Of a DNA stretch of 64,000 bases, positions 48,682 through 57,899 are shown piece after piece. Both the position numbers and the translations under genes were made by a program. Position 1 is the stretch's first letter; every line of letters begins with the position of its first letter. The stretch is from an uncultured Solirubrobacterales bacterium (GTDB lineage Bacteria > Actinomycetota > Thermoleophilia > Solirubrobacterales > Solirubrobacteraceae). The DNA is taken from NCBI GenBank assembly GCA_963701035.1, contig OY969562.1:1491459-1555458 (forward strand), in the 5' to 3' direction. The notes under the pieces were generated by a model, which was not told the DNA's origin, made no database searches, and saw only the letters and a list, made by a program, of their open reading frames with translations.

Positions 48682-48726
48682 TTTTAAAAAACTCCGTGAC
48701 ACTATAGTTACACGCAGTTTTTAAAA
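48682..48726. other. AT-flanked inverted repeat (bidirectional terminator and/or 28-bp recombinase-like site)
   Basis: TTTTAAAAA-ACTCCGTGACA-CTATAG-TTACACGCAGT-TTTTAAAA between convergent ABC gene and ffs. Confidence 0.55.
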
Positions 48727-48734
48727 TATATAGT

Positions 48735-49009
48735 GGACCGTGCACCCCTCGTCGAGATCCTCGCCACCGGCCGCCTGATCGCTGTCCACGACTCCGGTCC
48801 GGGTACTCCCGCTGCGCCTGCCGGGGATCGCTTAAGGCTGCTTCCTTCCGGACCTGACCTGGTTCACAAGCCGACACCGCGCGGGACCCGAACCATCGAC
48901 GCCCCGAACAGCGGAGCGACCGGGGCAAAACCCCTCAGAAAGGGAATTCAGCCCCGCTAGAGCGGATTGCGGATTCAGGGCGCCGCTACCTCCCCGCCTA
49001 GCACGGTCC
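48735..49009 (-). ncRNA. ffs: Large (Alu-domain) bacterial SRP RNA
   Basis: CAGGTCCGGAAGGAAGCAGC domain IV; 5' Alu-like CCGTGCTAGGCGGGGAGGTAGCGG..GCAATCCGCTCTAGC; terminal GGACCGTGC/GCACGGTCC pairing. Confidence 0.93.
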
Positions 49010-49088
49010 GGCTCGGATCCTAGCGCGCCGCGACGCCGCTGAGATAAATGGAACATCAAGAACCCGAGTTCCGCTAGGCTGCGCCACC

Positions 49089-49679
49089 GTGACCTACTTC
49101 AAACGCATCTCCTCACGTCCCGCTGTCGTCCTCGCCACGCTCGGCGCGGCGGTCCTGATCGCCGGCTGCGGCTCCAGCAGCTCCTCGAGCACGATCGGCG
49201 TCGGCGACGAGAACAGTGCCAACAACACGCTCGCGACCTCCACTTCGACCACGCCAGCGACCTCGACGTCGCCCGCGACGGCGTCGGTGAAAACACCCGC
49301 GAGCGGTCCGCTCTCGAAAGAGCCGACGGTGACGCCACCGAGCGGCCCGGCGCCGACGAAGCTCGTGACGAAAGACCTGATCGTCGGCACCGGCCCTGAA
49401 GCGAAGGCGGGCGACTCGGTGACGGTCAACTACGTCGGCGTCCTCTACAAGGGCGGCAAAGTCTTCGACGCCTCGTGGAAGCGGAACGAAACGTTCCCCT
49501 TCGTGCTCGGCAAGAGCCAGGTCATCCCCGGCTGGGAACAGGGCATCGTCGGCATGAAAGTGGGCGGACGGCGCGAGCTGATCATCCCCTCCGGCCTCGC
49601 CTACGGCGCCAAAGGCTCACCGCCGACGATCCCGCCGAACTCCGCGCTGATCTTCGTAGTCGACCTGCTCGCGGCCTAA
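49089..49679 (+). CDS. FKBP-type peptidyl-prolyl isomerase (lipoprotein)
   Basis: IAGC lipobox; VNYVG..FDASW..VIPGWEQG..MKVGGRR..AYG. Confidence 0.95.
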   Translation: MTYFKRISSRPAVVLATLGAAVLIAGCGSSSSSSTIGVGDENSANNTLATSTSTTPATSTSPATASVKTPASGPLSKEPTVTPPSGPAPTKLVTKDLIVGTGPEAKAGDSVTVNYVGVLYKGGKVFDASWKRNETFPFVLGKSQVIPGWEQGIVGMKVGGRRELIIPSGLAYGAKGSPPTIPPNSALIFVVDLLAA

Positions 49680-49689
49680 GTCCGCACGG

Positions 49690-50439
49690 ATGCCGCAGGG
49701 TGCTCGGCCCTCGGCGTCCGTGGCAGACTCGCCGATCGTGAGCAGAACCACTTCGAAGACACCGCTCAGGGCATTCCGTTTCGCCGCGTTCCTCGCCGCG
49801 GGCTGCGTCCTCGTGGGCACAGCCGGCTGCGGCGGCGGCTCGAGCGGCGCGAGCACCCCGGCCGCGGAACGCCTCCAGCGCGAAGACCTCGTCGCCGCCG
49901 TCCACGGCCTGCGCCAGGCCGAGACCTCCGCCGCGCGCGAGATGACCGCCGCGAGGATCGCCTGGCCGCTCGTCGCGAACGGCCTGCCGGCCGCGATCCC
50001 GCCGGCTACTCAGACGGCACTCTCTGCCGCGGGGGCGGCCGCGCGCGCGATCGTGCTGCCACCGCTGATGAGCAAGGAACGGGCGCGCTCGCTGACGGGG
50101 CCGGCCGCGGGTATCGCCGGCCTGTTCCGGACCTTCGATGGGCTGACCGAGCCCGGCTGGACGCTCACCGCCGCGGCGGGCGTCCAGATCGACCGCGGCC
50201 CCGCGGCGGCCGCGCGGTTCGCGCGGGAAAACGTCCCGCTGTACATCGACAGCGTCTACGACGGGCACTACGACGCGGCGTTCATCGGCAAGAGCCTGCT
50301 CGCCGGCTACAAGAAGCTTGGCGGCGCGAAGGCCTTTGGCGCAACGCTCACCCAGGCGGAAGTCGAGGCGCTCGCCGCCGCCTACTCCCCGGCGACCGAG
50401 CGCCTGCATCCGCATCCGGGAGTCAAGCTGGGGTCGTAG
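49690..50439 (+). CDS. Hypothetical lipoprotein
   Basis: TAGC lipobox, typical codon bias; start uncertain. Confidence 0.65.
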   Translation: MPQGARPSASVADSPIVSRTTSKTPLRAFRFAAFLAAGCVLVGTAGCGGGSSGASTPAAERLQREDLVAAVHGLRQAETSAAREMTAARIAWPLVANGLPAAIPPATQTALSAAGAAARAIVLPPLMSKERARSLTGPAAGIAGLFRTFDGLTEPGWTLTAAAGVQIDRGPAAAARFARENVPLYIDSVYDGHYDAAFIGKSLLAGYKKLGGAKAFGATLTQAEVEALAAAYSPATERLHPHPGVKLGS

Positions 50440-50514
50440 CGGACCGCGCGAAGCGCCGAGCGCTCGCATCACCGCACGACAGCGCTCTCCAAGCCCAATA
50501 GAATCGCTCGCCGA

Positions 50515-50586
50515 GGGCGCGTAGCTCAGTGGGAGAGCGCTCGCTTCACACGCGAGAGGTCGCAGGTTCGAAACCCGCCGCGCCCA
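50515..50586 (+). tRNA. tRNA-Val(CAC)
   Basis: GGGCGCG/CGCGCCC acceptor stem, CTCGC-TTCACAC-GCGAG anticodon arm, GGTTCGAAA T loop; CCA not encoded. Confidence 0.97.
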
Positions 50587-50596
50587 TCGACGGACC

Positions 50597-50618
50597 GCCT
50601 GCAAACGGGCGGGTTTTC
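50597..50618 (+). terminator. Stem-loop after tRNA-Val
   Basis: CCGCC-TGCAAAC-GGGCGG followed by GTTTT. Confidence 0.55.
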
Positions 50619-50622
50619 GCTG

Positions 50623-51432
50623 TCAACGCTCAACGCGGATCACGAAATAGTCGGAGCGGATCTTCGCCGTTCCGTCGCTCGCGAGGTTGAACCGGCGGAC
50701 CAGATCAGCGAACGCCTCGCGGAACTCCTCCCAGCGGCCCTGCGGCTCGAGGACTTTCTGGGCGATCACGAACGGCCCGAAATCATCGGCGTAGCGCTGC
50801 ACGGCGTCCGCGACCGACGGGAACTCGAAGTCGATGGTCTCGCGCTCGATCGTGGGCGAGGCGCCGGCGGCGGCGAACGCTTCCTCGACATGCTCCTCCA
50901 CGCCCCACAGCGGCGGTGGCTGCACGCCTGGCGGCGGAGGCGGCATGAACGAGCCCGTGAGCTTGAACAGCTCGCCGGCGAAGCCATCGTTGACCCAAGT
51001 AGTCATCGCGATCCGTCCCCCGGGCCGGCAGACCCGGACCAGCTCGGCGGCCGCGCGGAAGTGATCGGGCGCGAACATCGCGCCGAACGTCGATATCACG
51101 CGATCAAAGCTCGCGTCCCCGAACGGCAGGTCCTGCGCGTCGGCCTCGACCCACTCGACCTCGACACCGGCCGCCGCGGCGCGGCGGCGCGCATGCTCGA
51201 ACAGCTCGGGCGTCACGTCAGCGCCCACGACGGTGGCCCCGCGCAGCGCGGCCGGGATCGCCACGTTGCCGCCACTGCCGGTCCCCACGTCCAGCAGATC
51301 CATACCCGGCTCGACCCCGACCCGATCGAGCACGAGCTTGCCGACCGGCTCGACCACCCGGGAGAAGCCATCCCAATCGCCAGCTGCCCACGTCGCCCGC
51401 GCCCGCCGACGAAACTCCTCCGCGACACCCAT
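50623..51432 (-). CDS. Class I SAM-dependent methyltransferase
   Basis: LLDVGTGSG, EADAQDLPF.DASFD.VISTFGAMF. Confidence 0.92.
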   Translation of the reverse strand: MGVAEEFRRRARATWAAGDWDGFSRVVEPVGKLVLDRVGVEPGMDLLDVGTGSGGNVAIPAALRGATVVGADVTPELFEHARRRAAAAGVEVEWVEADAQDLPFGDASFDRVISTFGAMFAPDHFRAAAELVRVCRPGGRIAMTTWVNDGFAGELFKLTGSFMPPPPPGVQPPPLWGVEEHVEEAFAAAGASPTIERETIDFEFPSVADAVQRYADDFGPFVIAQKVLEPQGRWEEFREAFADLVRRFNLASDGTAKIRSDYFVIRVER

Positions 51433-51496
51433 CGACCGATCCTACACCCACCCGGCACAAAAAACCGCGCGACAGAGTGTCGCTTCAGGCCGGAGC

Positions 51497-51922
51497 TCAG
51501 CCGGCCGCGGTGGGCGTCAGCACGATCACCGGGATCACGCGCTCGGTTTTCGTCGCGTAGTCGGCGAACTGCGGCATGTGCTCGGCCTGCGTGCGAAAGA
51601 GACGCTCGCGCTCCTCGCCACTCGCCTCGCTCGCCACCGCCTCGATCGTGTCGGTCCCGACCTCGATCTTCACGTTCGGATGGGCCTTCAGGTTGTGGTA
51701 CCAGTCGGGGTTAGTCGGCGCACCTGCCTTCGAGGCGAAGATCACGTAGCGGCTGCCGTCGGCCTGATAGGCGAGTGGGTTGATGCGGCTCTTGCCGGAC
51801 TTCGCGCCGGTGTGGTGCAACAGCAACAGCGGCATGCCCTCCACCGGGCCCCCGGCGCGGCCTCCGTTGGCACGGAACTCCTCGATGATCTGGGCGTTGA
51901 AGTCTGCGGGCGACGTGGACAT
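51497..51922 (-). CDS. Deazaflavin (F420)-dependent nitroreductase family protein
   Basis: FNAQIIEEFRANGG, GAKSGK.R..PL, NPDWYHNL.AHP. Confidence 0.95.
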   Translation of the reverse strand: MSTSPADFNAQIIEEFRANGGRAGGPVEGMPLLLLHHTGAKSGKSRINPLAYQADGSRYVIFASKAGAPTNPDWYHNLKAHPNVKIEVGTDTIEAVASEASGEERERLFRTQAEHMPQFADYATKTERVIPVIVLTPTAAG

Positions 51923-51990
51923 CGTGCTCCTCCTCGGGATCTGAAGACTTAAGGGAACTCAGGGACTGTGGCGAATCACTGAATGCCAGC

Positions 51991-52698
51991 TCAGTCTACG
52001 AGCACGCTATTCAGGCCAAGCACGCCGGCGGCCACGCGCGCGGCCAGTACCTCATCGTGCGGTGCCTGCCCGGCGAGTCCGATGACCGTGCCCTCCAGGG
52101 CGCCGATGAAGGCGAGCGCAACGGCTCGCGCGGGCGGCCCGGCTGGGATCGTCCCCGCTCTGCGCCCGGCGCCGATCAGGCGGGTGCAGCGCTTGACGAG
52201 ACTTTCGGAGACCCGCTCGAGGTGGCGGCCCACAGGGTGATCCTGACCGCTGAACTCGAGCCTCAACGCCATCGCCACGCGGGCCACGTCTCGCCGGCAG
52301 TAGACGGCGTGACCGCGCGCCATCGCGATCAGCGCGAGCACTGGATCGGGCTCTTGCTCGATCAGCGGGCCGACCTCTTCTTGCCATGTCTGATCGACCC
52401 ACTCGATCACGGCCAGAGCGAGGTCTTCCTTGTCCCTGAACTGGTGATAGAGCGCCCCGCGGGTGTAGCCTGCCTCGCTCGCCACGCGCTCCAGAATCAG
52501 GTTGCCGTAGCCGTAGCGTGATAGGCCCCGCGCGGCTGACTCGAGCAGGGCGCCGCGTGTGCGTGCGCTCCGATCGGCCTGCGTCGGGCGACGGCTCCCA
52601 GCCTGAGTTCGGCCCCGAGTTTTGGTTCGGGCTCGGCTTGCCTGCCGATCCCGAGCCTTGGAAGAACCGACCGGATTTTTTGAAGAAGATACGTGCAT
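51991..52698 (-). CDS. TetR/AcrR family regulator
   Basis: VASEAGYTRGALYHQF HTH. Confidence 0.9.
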   Translation of the reverse strand: MHVSSSKNPVGSSKARDRQASRARTKTRGRTQAGSRRPTQADRSARTRGALLESAARGLSRYGYGNLILERVASEAGYTRGALYHQFRDKEDLALAVIEWVDQTWQEEVGPLIEQEPDPVLALIAMARGHAVYCRRDVARVAMALRLEFSGQDHPVGRHLERVSESLVKRCTRLIGAGRRAGTIPAGPPARAVALAFIGALEGTVIGLAGQAPHDEVLAARVAAGVLGLNSVLVD

Positions 52699-52759
52699 GC
52701 ATGTATGTTATCTTCTTTCCCACCCGGAACCTCCTGCCCCCTGAGACTGGAACCTGACC

Positions 52760-53392
52760 ATGAGACTTCCGAACGCAGCCCACGAATCTCGGCCGTGGCG
52801 CATCCGTGAGATCGCGCCGGACTTCCTCCTTGAGGATGTCTGGGCCCTACCCGTGCACGGTGGCGCCGAGGACTTCCAAGCACTGATCGAGATCGCCGTC
52901 TCCTCGGATCCTGCCCACGCGGAATCCCTCCCCACCCGCGTGCTGTGGGACATCCGCGACCGCCTCGGCGGCTGGCTCGACCTCGGCAGGATCTCGACCC
53001 CGGTCGACAGCGGCCAGGCGGGTGCCGCGGGCAAGCTGCCGATTCCCGGTGAGCACGAAACCTCACTGGCCGGACGGCTGCCGGACGATCTACGCGGCAC
53101 GGCGGCGGATCTGCATTTCGCCTCGCTGCCTTTCACGCCGCTCTATCGCACCGACGTCGAGTTCGCCGCCGAGCTGTCGAACCGGACCGTGCACGGCGTC
53201 ATGCACCTGGCTTGGGTGGACCAGGGCGCAGGCATCTACCAGGGACAGATGGCCGTCTATATCAAGCCACGCGGCCTACTCGGGAAGGGTTACATGGAGC
53301 TCATCAAGCCTTTCCGGTACTGGATTGTTTATCCAGCCCTCATGCGCCAGATCGAGCGAACCTGGAGCGCCCGCCCGCTGCCGAATGGCTAA
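52760..53392 (+). CDS. DUF2867-like protein
   Basis: LEDVW.LP, ELSNRTVHGVMHL.WV, G..YM..IKPFR..IVYP. Confidence 0.7.
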   Translation: MRLPNAAHESRPWRIREIAPDFLLEDVWALPVHGGAEDFQALIEIAVSSDPAHAESLPTRVLWDIRDRLGGWLDLGRISTPVDSGQAGAAGKLPIPGEHETSLAGRLPDDLRGTAADLHFASLPFTPLYRTDVEFAAELSNRTVHGVMHLAWVDQGAGIYQGQMAVYIKPRGLLGKGYMELIKPFRYWIVYPALMRQIERTWSARPLPNG

Positions 53393-53402
53393 CCTTTCTG
53401 AC

Positions 53403-53672
53403 ATGTGTAGAAACATCAGGACCCTCTACAACTTCGAGCCATCCGCGACGGAGGACGAGGTGCGCAGCGCGGCGCTGCAGTACGTGCGGAAGATCAGCGG
53501 CTTCACCAAGCCCTCGCAGGCGAACGCGGCGGCATTCGAGCGCGCCGTCGACGAGGTCGCCGAGATCTCCGCCACGCTGTTGAGCGAACTGGTCACCTCG
53601 GCGCCCCCGAAGGACCGCGAGGTCGAGGCGGCGAAGCGCAGGGCACTGAGCGCGCAGCGCTTCGCGGCGTAG
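53403..53672 (+). CDS. DUF2277 family protein
   Basis: MCRNIRTLYNFEP.AT..EV..AALQYVRKISG. Confidence 0.9.
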   Translation: MCRNIRTLYNFEPSATEDEVRSAALQYVRKISGFTKPSQANAAAFERAVDEVAEISATLLSELVTSAPPKDREVEAAKRRALSAQRFAA

Positions 53673-53711
53673 CTCGCCGCGCGCCCCTCGCGTCGCGTCC
53701 GCCCGCCGAGC

Positions 53712-54185
53712 TCAGCGCTGCTCGCCGGCGAGCAACTCCATCAGCAGCGCGTCATGCCAACCGCCGCCGTCGGCGTCGCGCTCGGCTTGGTGCATAACGC
53801 CCACCGGTTTGAAGCCCACCTTCTCGTAAGCTCTGATCGCGGCGACGTTCTCAACCGCCGGGTCGATCGTGATGCGATGATGGCCGCGCTCGTCGATCAG
53901 CAGGTGAGCCACGCGTCTGACCGCCTCGCTGCCGTAGCCACGGCCGTGCAGGGCGGGGTCGAGGAACAGGTCGATCCCCGCGTGACGGTACTTGGGCTCC
54001 TGCTCCTCGGTGTACTGAATCAGGCCCGCCACCACGCCGCCGACCTCGATCGTCAAGCGCGTCGCCTCGGGCTCGTCCCATGGGAAATCGCGATGCGGAG
54101 CGTCCCACCAGCGCAAGACCTCCGGAGCGGTATGGATCCGCAGCAGCTCGACCTCATCATCCTTCACCAGCGGACGCAGAATCAT
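53712..54185 (-). CDS. GNAT acetyltransferase (AAC(6')-like)
   Basis: GIDLF..HGRGYG, IDPAVEN.AAIRAYEKVGF. Confidence 0.88.
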   Translation of the reverse strand: MILRPLVKDDEVELLRIHTAPEVLRWWDAPHRDFPWDEPEATRLTIEVGGVVAGLIQYTEEQEPKYRHAGIDLFLDPALHGRGYGSEAVRRVAHLLIDERGHHRITIDPAVENVAAIRAYEKVGFKPVGVMHQAERDADGGGWHDALLMELLAGEQR

Positions 54186-54208
54186 GCCTGCAATCGTAGG
54201 GGCCGGAT

Positions 54209-55051
54209 ATGACCGTCGTCCTCGCCCTGTTCGCCTCGCTCTTCATCGGCGCCTCCGACTTTCTCGGCGGTCTCGACAGCCGCACGCGCAACCCGCTGGA
54301 AACGAGCCTCGTGCTGTTCCTCGCCACGTTGGTGACGCTCGTCCCGATCGCGATCCTGCTCGGCGCGAGCGATCTCACGGGACACGACTTGGGCCTGGGC
54401 GCCGTCAGTGGTCTCACGACCAGCGTCGCCTACGTGGGCTTCTTCGCCGCGATCGGCCACGGACGGATCAGCATCGTCGCGCCGATCTCGGCGGCCGTGA
54501 CCGCGCTGCTGCCGGCGGTCGTCGGGATCGCCGAAGGCAACACCCTTTCGACGCTCGCGCGCTGCGGCGTCCTCTGCGCGCTGCTGGCGATTCCGCTCGT
54601 CGCTTACCAGACCGAGGACGGCGAGGCAGGCGACTGGTCAACCACTCGACAGGTGCTCGTGTCGGTTCTCTGCGGGATCGGCTTCGGGTTCTACTTCATC
54701 TGTATCGGACACACACATCGCAGCTCCGGGCTGTGGCCCACGGTGGCCACCGTCGTCGTGGCGATCGCGGTCACCGTTCCCGTCGCCGCCCGCGCCGGCG
54801 CGATGCCGTCATTCGCTTCCCTCTCGCGCCTCGCCCTCGCGGGCGGTGTGGCGCTGGGCATCGCCGACAGCGCGCTCACGACCGCGCTCCAGCGCGGGCC
54901 GTTGACCGTCGCCTCGGTGCTCGGCAACCTCTACCCGCTCGTCACGATCGCACTCGGCGTGGCGATCCTCGGAGAGCGGGTGCGAATCTGGCATGCCGCG
55001 GGGATCGCGCTCGCCGTCGCCGGTGTGGCGATGATCGCGGGCGGGCAATGA
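54209..55051 (+). CDS. DMT/EamA family transporter
   Basis: About 10 TM helices in a two-repeat arrangement; GASDFLGG. Confidence 0.85.
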   Translation: MTVVLALFASLFIGASDFLGGLDSRTRNPLETSLVLFLATLVTLVPIAILLGASDLTGHDLGLGAVSGLTTSVAYVGFFAAIGHGRISIVAPISAAVTALLPAVVGIAEGNTLSTLARCGVLCALLAIPLVAYQTEDGEAGDWSTTRQVLVSVLCGIGFGFYFICIGHTHRSSGLWPTVATVVVAIAVTVPVAARAGAMPSFASLSRLALAGGVALGIADSALTTALQRGPLTVASVLGNLYPLVTIALGVAILGERVRIWHAAGIALAVAGVAMIAGGQ

Positions 55052-55101
55052 TCGCCGGCAGAGGTGAACCTCGGGTGGACCGCCCGAGTAACGTGTCCAG
55101 C

Positions 55102-55437
55102 ATGGCATCGCCGCTCAACCTCGTCGAGTTCCCGGCCGACGATCCCGAGCGCGCGCGGCGCTTCTGGACGGAGTTGCTCGGCCTCGACCTCGAGCCGCGC
55201 ACGGTCGGCGAGGGCTGGCAAACCACCTCTCCCGGCCCGGCGATCGGGCTGCACCCGCGCGGGCGCGGCCCCGGCGACTCCTTCTCGCTGCCGTACTTCG
55301 AGGTCGACGACCTCCCCGCCGCCCTGGCCCAGGTTCAGGCCCTCGGCGGAAGCGTCGTCCACCCGGGCGAGGTCTGGTCGGTCTGCAGGGACTCCGAGGG
55401 CTCGCCCTTCGGGTTGACGGTGCGCTCAGAGCCCTAG
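55102..55437 (+). CDS. VOC/glyoxalase family protein
   Basis: VEFPADD.ERARRFW..LLG, YFEVDD, CRDSEG. Confidence 0.88.
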   Translation: MASPLNLVEFPADDPERARRFWTELLGLDLEPRTVGEGWQTTSPGPAIGLHPRGRGPGDSFSLPYFEVDDLPAALAQVQALGGSVVHPGEVWSVCRDSEGSPFGLTVRSEP

Positions 55438-56174
55438 CGGGCTTTTGCTTTCGCCCGTCCGGCAGCTTTAGCTTTCGTCGAGCCGGCTTTTGCTTTCGTC
55501 CGTCCGGCGCCGCTTTTCACGCTCGCCGCGGAAGCGCGACCGCGACTCGCCGTCTTGCCGGCCGCCCGCCGCGGGCTACTCGCACGCGTTTTCCCGGCCG
55601 GAGTCGAAGTCCTCCGCTGCGAGGCCGGGACCTCGGCTTTGGCGACGGCCTTTGCCAGGCGCGGGATCTCACGCTCCAGAAAGGTGCTCATCCGCACCTC
55701 CTCGCGCAGGATCGCGCGGGCCAGGCTCTGGGTCTCTTTGTCGCCGAGCGCCTCTGCGAGCGTCGCGATCGCCGTGTAGGTGGCGATCTCCTCGGCCTCC
55801 GACGCGTACTCGGTCTTGGCGTTCTTCAGCTGCTTCTCGTCCTCGCCCGTTCCCCGCAGCGCGTGCAGCGGGCCCTGGGCTAGCGCCACCGCCTTCTGCG
55901 CACCACCGAGCACGGCCTGGGCGGCCTCCTCGACCCGGTCGGGCCCCGGTAGGGAGATCGTCTCGGCGGTGCCGCCCAGCTGCTTGATCCGACGCTGCAC
56001 CTCGCGGGCGTGACGCTTGGTCTCGGTCAGATGCTCCCTCAGGCGCTTCTTGTAGGACGTCTTCGCGGTCATCGCGATGTGGGCCTCCAAGGACGTCTCC
56101 AGACGCTTCTCGGTGCCATAGGCCTCGTTCAGGTACTGGACCAGCTTCGCATCGCCGGCGGTTAGCTCTGCCAT
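55434..56174 (-). CDS. DUF892 ferritin-like protein with basic C-terminal tail
   Basis: YLNEAY, EHLTET, EAEEIATY, ILREE. Confidence 0.85.
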   Translation of the reverse strand: MAELTAGDAKLVQYLNEAYGTEKRLETSLEAHIAMTAKTSYKKRLREHLTETKRHAREVQRRIKQLGGTAETISLPGPDRVEEAAQAVLGGAQKAVALAQGPLHALRGTGEDEKQLKNAKTEYASEAEEIATYTAIATLAEALGDKETQSLARAILREEVRMSTFLEREIPRLAKAVAKAEVPASQRRTSTPAGKTRASSPRRAAGKTASRGRASAASVKSGAGRTKAKAGSTKAKAAGRAKAKAR

Positions 56175-56360
56175 GACTTCCTCTCGATCGCGGACACGGT
56201 CCTGCGCTCTGCGATGAAGGAAGGCTCACTCCATCGCCCGAGCGCGTTCGGGCTTCGGTCAAGGACTACCCGCGGATGAGCGATCTGAACCCTCGCATGC
56301 CGAGAACGTCAGACCGCCCCAGGGATAAGGGAGACCCGCCCCGGGGATAAAGTTGCCCTC

Positions 56361-56909
56361 ATGTCCGAGTACGCCGCATTTCTCCGCGGGATGAACGTCG
56401 GAGGCCATCGGATCTCCAACGAGGATCTGCGCGCGCGCTTCGAGGAGCTCGGCTTCACCGATGTGAGGACGTTCCGGGCGAGCGGCAACGTGATCTTCGC
56501 CGCAGCCGGGCGGGAGTCGGAGGCGAAGCTCGGCGCACGAATCGAAACGGGGCTGGCCGACGCGCTCGGCTACGAGGTGCCCGTGTTCCTGCGCGACGCG
56601 AGCGAGATGCGAACGATCGCGGCCCACCGGCCCTTCCCCGAGTCGCTCGTCGAGGCCTCCAAGGGCAAGCTCCAGGTGGTGCTGCTCAGCGCGCGTCCCG
56701 CGGCGCGGGCGCGCAAGGAGGTACTGGCGTTGGCCGACGCGGAGGACGAGCTCGCGTTCGGCGAGCGCGAGCTGCACTGGCTGCCGAGCGGCGGCATCCT
56801 CGACTCGGCGCTCGACTTCAAGGCGATCGGCCGGCTGCTCGGCCCGCTCACGACCCGCACGAAGGGCACGATCGAGCAGCTCGCGGCCAAGTACTTCGCC
56901 GATGAGTGA
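56361..56909 (+). CDS. DUF1697 family protein
   Basis: AFLRGMNVGG, VRTFRASGNVIF, TTR. Confidence 0.9.
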   Translation: MSEYAAFLRGMNVGGHRISNEDLRARFEELGFTDVRTFRASGNVIFAAAGRESEAKLGARIETGLADALGYEVPVFLRDASEMRTIAAHRPFPESLVEASKGKLQVVLLSARPAARARKEVLALADAEDELAFGERELHWLPSGGILDSALDFKAIGRLLGPLTTRTKGTIEQLAAKYFADE

Positions 56910-57636
56910 GATCGCACGCCGGATCTGGCCGTGGAGTGGCAGCGGGCACGGTCCGCTACCGCCGCTGCTCGTGCTGCTGACGGTCGTCACCGGGCTCGTC
57001 GACGCGGTCAGCTACCTCACGTTTGGACACGTGTTCGTCGCGAACATGACCGGCAACGTCGTGTTCCTCGGCTTCGCCCTCGCCGGCGCGCACGGACTAT
57101 CGGCCTCCGCCTCGCTGGTCGCGCTCTGCGCGTTCTTCCTCGGCGCGTTCCTCGGCGGGCTCGTCGCGACACGCTGTGCCGCGCACCGCGGCCGGCACTT
57201 GCGCACAGCGATGAGTTATTCGGCCCTGCTCGTGGCGGTCGCGGCGATCCTCGCGCTCGCCGTCGGCCGGCCGGTGTCCGAACCGGCGCGCTACACGCTG
57301 ATCGTGATCCTCGGGCTGGCGATGGGCGGCCAGAACGCGGCGGCGCGGCGGCTGGCGGTGCCCGACCTGACGACGACGGTGCTCACGCTCACCCTCACCG
57401 GCATTGCCGCGGACTCCCGCCTGGCAGGCGGGCCCGGCGGGCGCCCGGGCCGGCGGTTCATCTCGGTCGCGGCGATGTTCCTCGGCGCGCTCGTCGGGGC
57501 GGCGCTCGTGCTCGACGGCGATCTCGTCCTGCCGCTCTCGATCGCCGCGGTGCTGATGGCGATCACGGCGGTCGCCGCACACATGCTCTCGCGGGGGGAT
57601 CCGGGATGGACGAAGGCGCCCGGCTCCCGGGGCTGA
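56902..57636 (+). CDS. YoaK/DUF1275 family membrane protein
   Basis: GLVDAVSY..GHVFVANMTGN, AMGGQN, TTTVLT. Confidence 0.9.
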   Translation: MSEIARRIWPWSGSGHGPLPPLLVLLTVVTGLVDAVSYLTFGHVFVANMTGNVVFLGFALAGAHGLSASASLVALCAFFLGAFLGGLVATRCAAHRGRHLRTAMSYSALLVAVAAILALAVGRPVSEPARYTLIVILGLAMGGQNAAARRLAVPDLTTTVLTLTLTGIAADSRLAGGPGGRPGRRFISVAAMFLGALVGAALVLDGDLVLPLSIAAVLMAITAVAAHMLSRGDPGWTKAPGSRG

Positions 57637-57899
57637 AGCCTATGGTCCCAGGGCTGAGGTGCGCAGCGCCAGGTCCAGGGCATAGGTTAGGAGCTGAAGC
57701 GTAAGGTGTTAGTCCGATGATCGGCTCGTCCCGCCCCCGCCCGCGCGGCTGGCTGCGCCACTACGCGGGCTTCCTCACGTCGGATACCGCGGCGGCGGCG
57801 CCTGTGCTGTTCGAACGCGACGGGGTCCAGCGGCTACGCCGGCTCGGAGCCTCAGTTGGCGACCGTGCCGGCCAGCGCATCCGGCGCACTCGACCGCGG

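Noticed and set aside
42095-50586. The 8.4-kb interval between the two tRNA-Val sequences as an integrated island (attL/attR)
   Set aside because: The duplicate includes the tRNA 5' end, the interval contains the essential ffs gene, and no integrase is present
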